Below, piece after piece: positions 33,589 to 34,154 of a stretch of 34,154 bases of DNA. Origin of the DNA: Octopus sinensis (lineage: Eukaryota). The translations under genes were made by a program, and so were the position numbers. Under the pieces are notes generated by a model, which saw only the letters and a list, made by a program, of their open reading frames with translations, did not search any database and was not told the origin of the DNA. Position 1 is the stretch's first letter; each line of letters begins with the position of its first letter. The stretch lies in the NCBI RefSeq assembly GCF_006345805.1, contig NW_021827527.1:1-34154 (forward strand), read 5' to 3'.

Positions 33589-33870
33589 GGATCTTTTCGG
33601 TTTGAACGGCAGTTTTTTAGAATAATTTCCACGTAACTAAACATATTCATATGGCACAGAATGTTTTTTACCTCAATAGACGTCTTTGATTGGTTGAAAT
33701 TGCAGAAATTGAAGAAAAAAATAACAAATATCTTACAAACTATAGAATTTTCTCAATAAAGCAAGAGAAAAAGATGTTTTATAAACACATTCTACCAGTA
33801 TACGAAGTTTAAAATTTTTTAGTTACGTAGAAATTATTTTTAAAAACTGCCGTTCAAACCGAAAAAATCC
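33589..33870 (-). mobile_element. MITE, Merlin-like, rearranged copy 3
   Basis: Same termini as copies 1 and 2, but both ends carry the same subterminal sequence. Flanks CGTTATTG and GTTTGTCA do not match, so no TSD. Confidence 0.8.
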
Positions 33871-34154
33871 GTTTGTCATCATAATACTGTTTTGTCCTAA
33901 AGTGCTGAAAAACTTGGATAATGTTGTAGACATTCTTTGAAGTTAACTGAAGTTTATTTATTTCTATGCAGTTGCACAGAGTATAAGCCAATAAGATACT
34001 GATACATGTGCGTATGTGTGTGTGCTTTTCTTTGTTTTCACATAAATATAGAGGTACACCTCAACTCAATGTTGTTTCGAGCCACGTTTTTTTCGACTTT
34101 GCGTGTTTCGGGATTTTATTATTTTTTTTTGTTTTTAGAAATTAATGGAAACAT

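Overview
AT-rich, microsatellite-saturated animal genomic DNA. The SINE repertoire and repeat density resemble a cephalopod, most likely Octopus (inference from family recognition, not a database search). I find no intact protein-coding gene, tRNA/rRNA gene or CRISPR array; nearly all ORFs in the supplied track are simple-repeat read-throughs. The window is a mosaic of decayed mobile elements: at least four tRNA-derived SINE families (about 25 copies or fragments), two R4/Dong-type RLE retroposon 3' ends, two RTE-clade 3' ends (one with three C2H2 fingers), a Penelope-like RT relic with several Penelope-type terminal repeats, an internally deleted mariner, Helitron/Helentron-type ends, and a GGATC-ended MITE with 8-bp target duplications (Merlin-like). 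The most notable signal is a series of type I hammerhead-ribozyme motifs with palindromic helix III, four well formed and several decayed. The best one (16742-16782) sits in a highly structured unit of about 200 nt with no adjacent Penelope ORF, a candidate non-LTR retrozyme. Several template-switch or inversion scars and a candidate 21-nt microexon are also present. All RNA pairings were worked out by hand.
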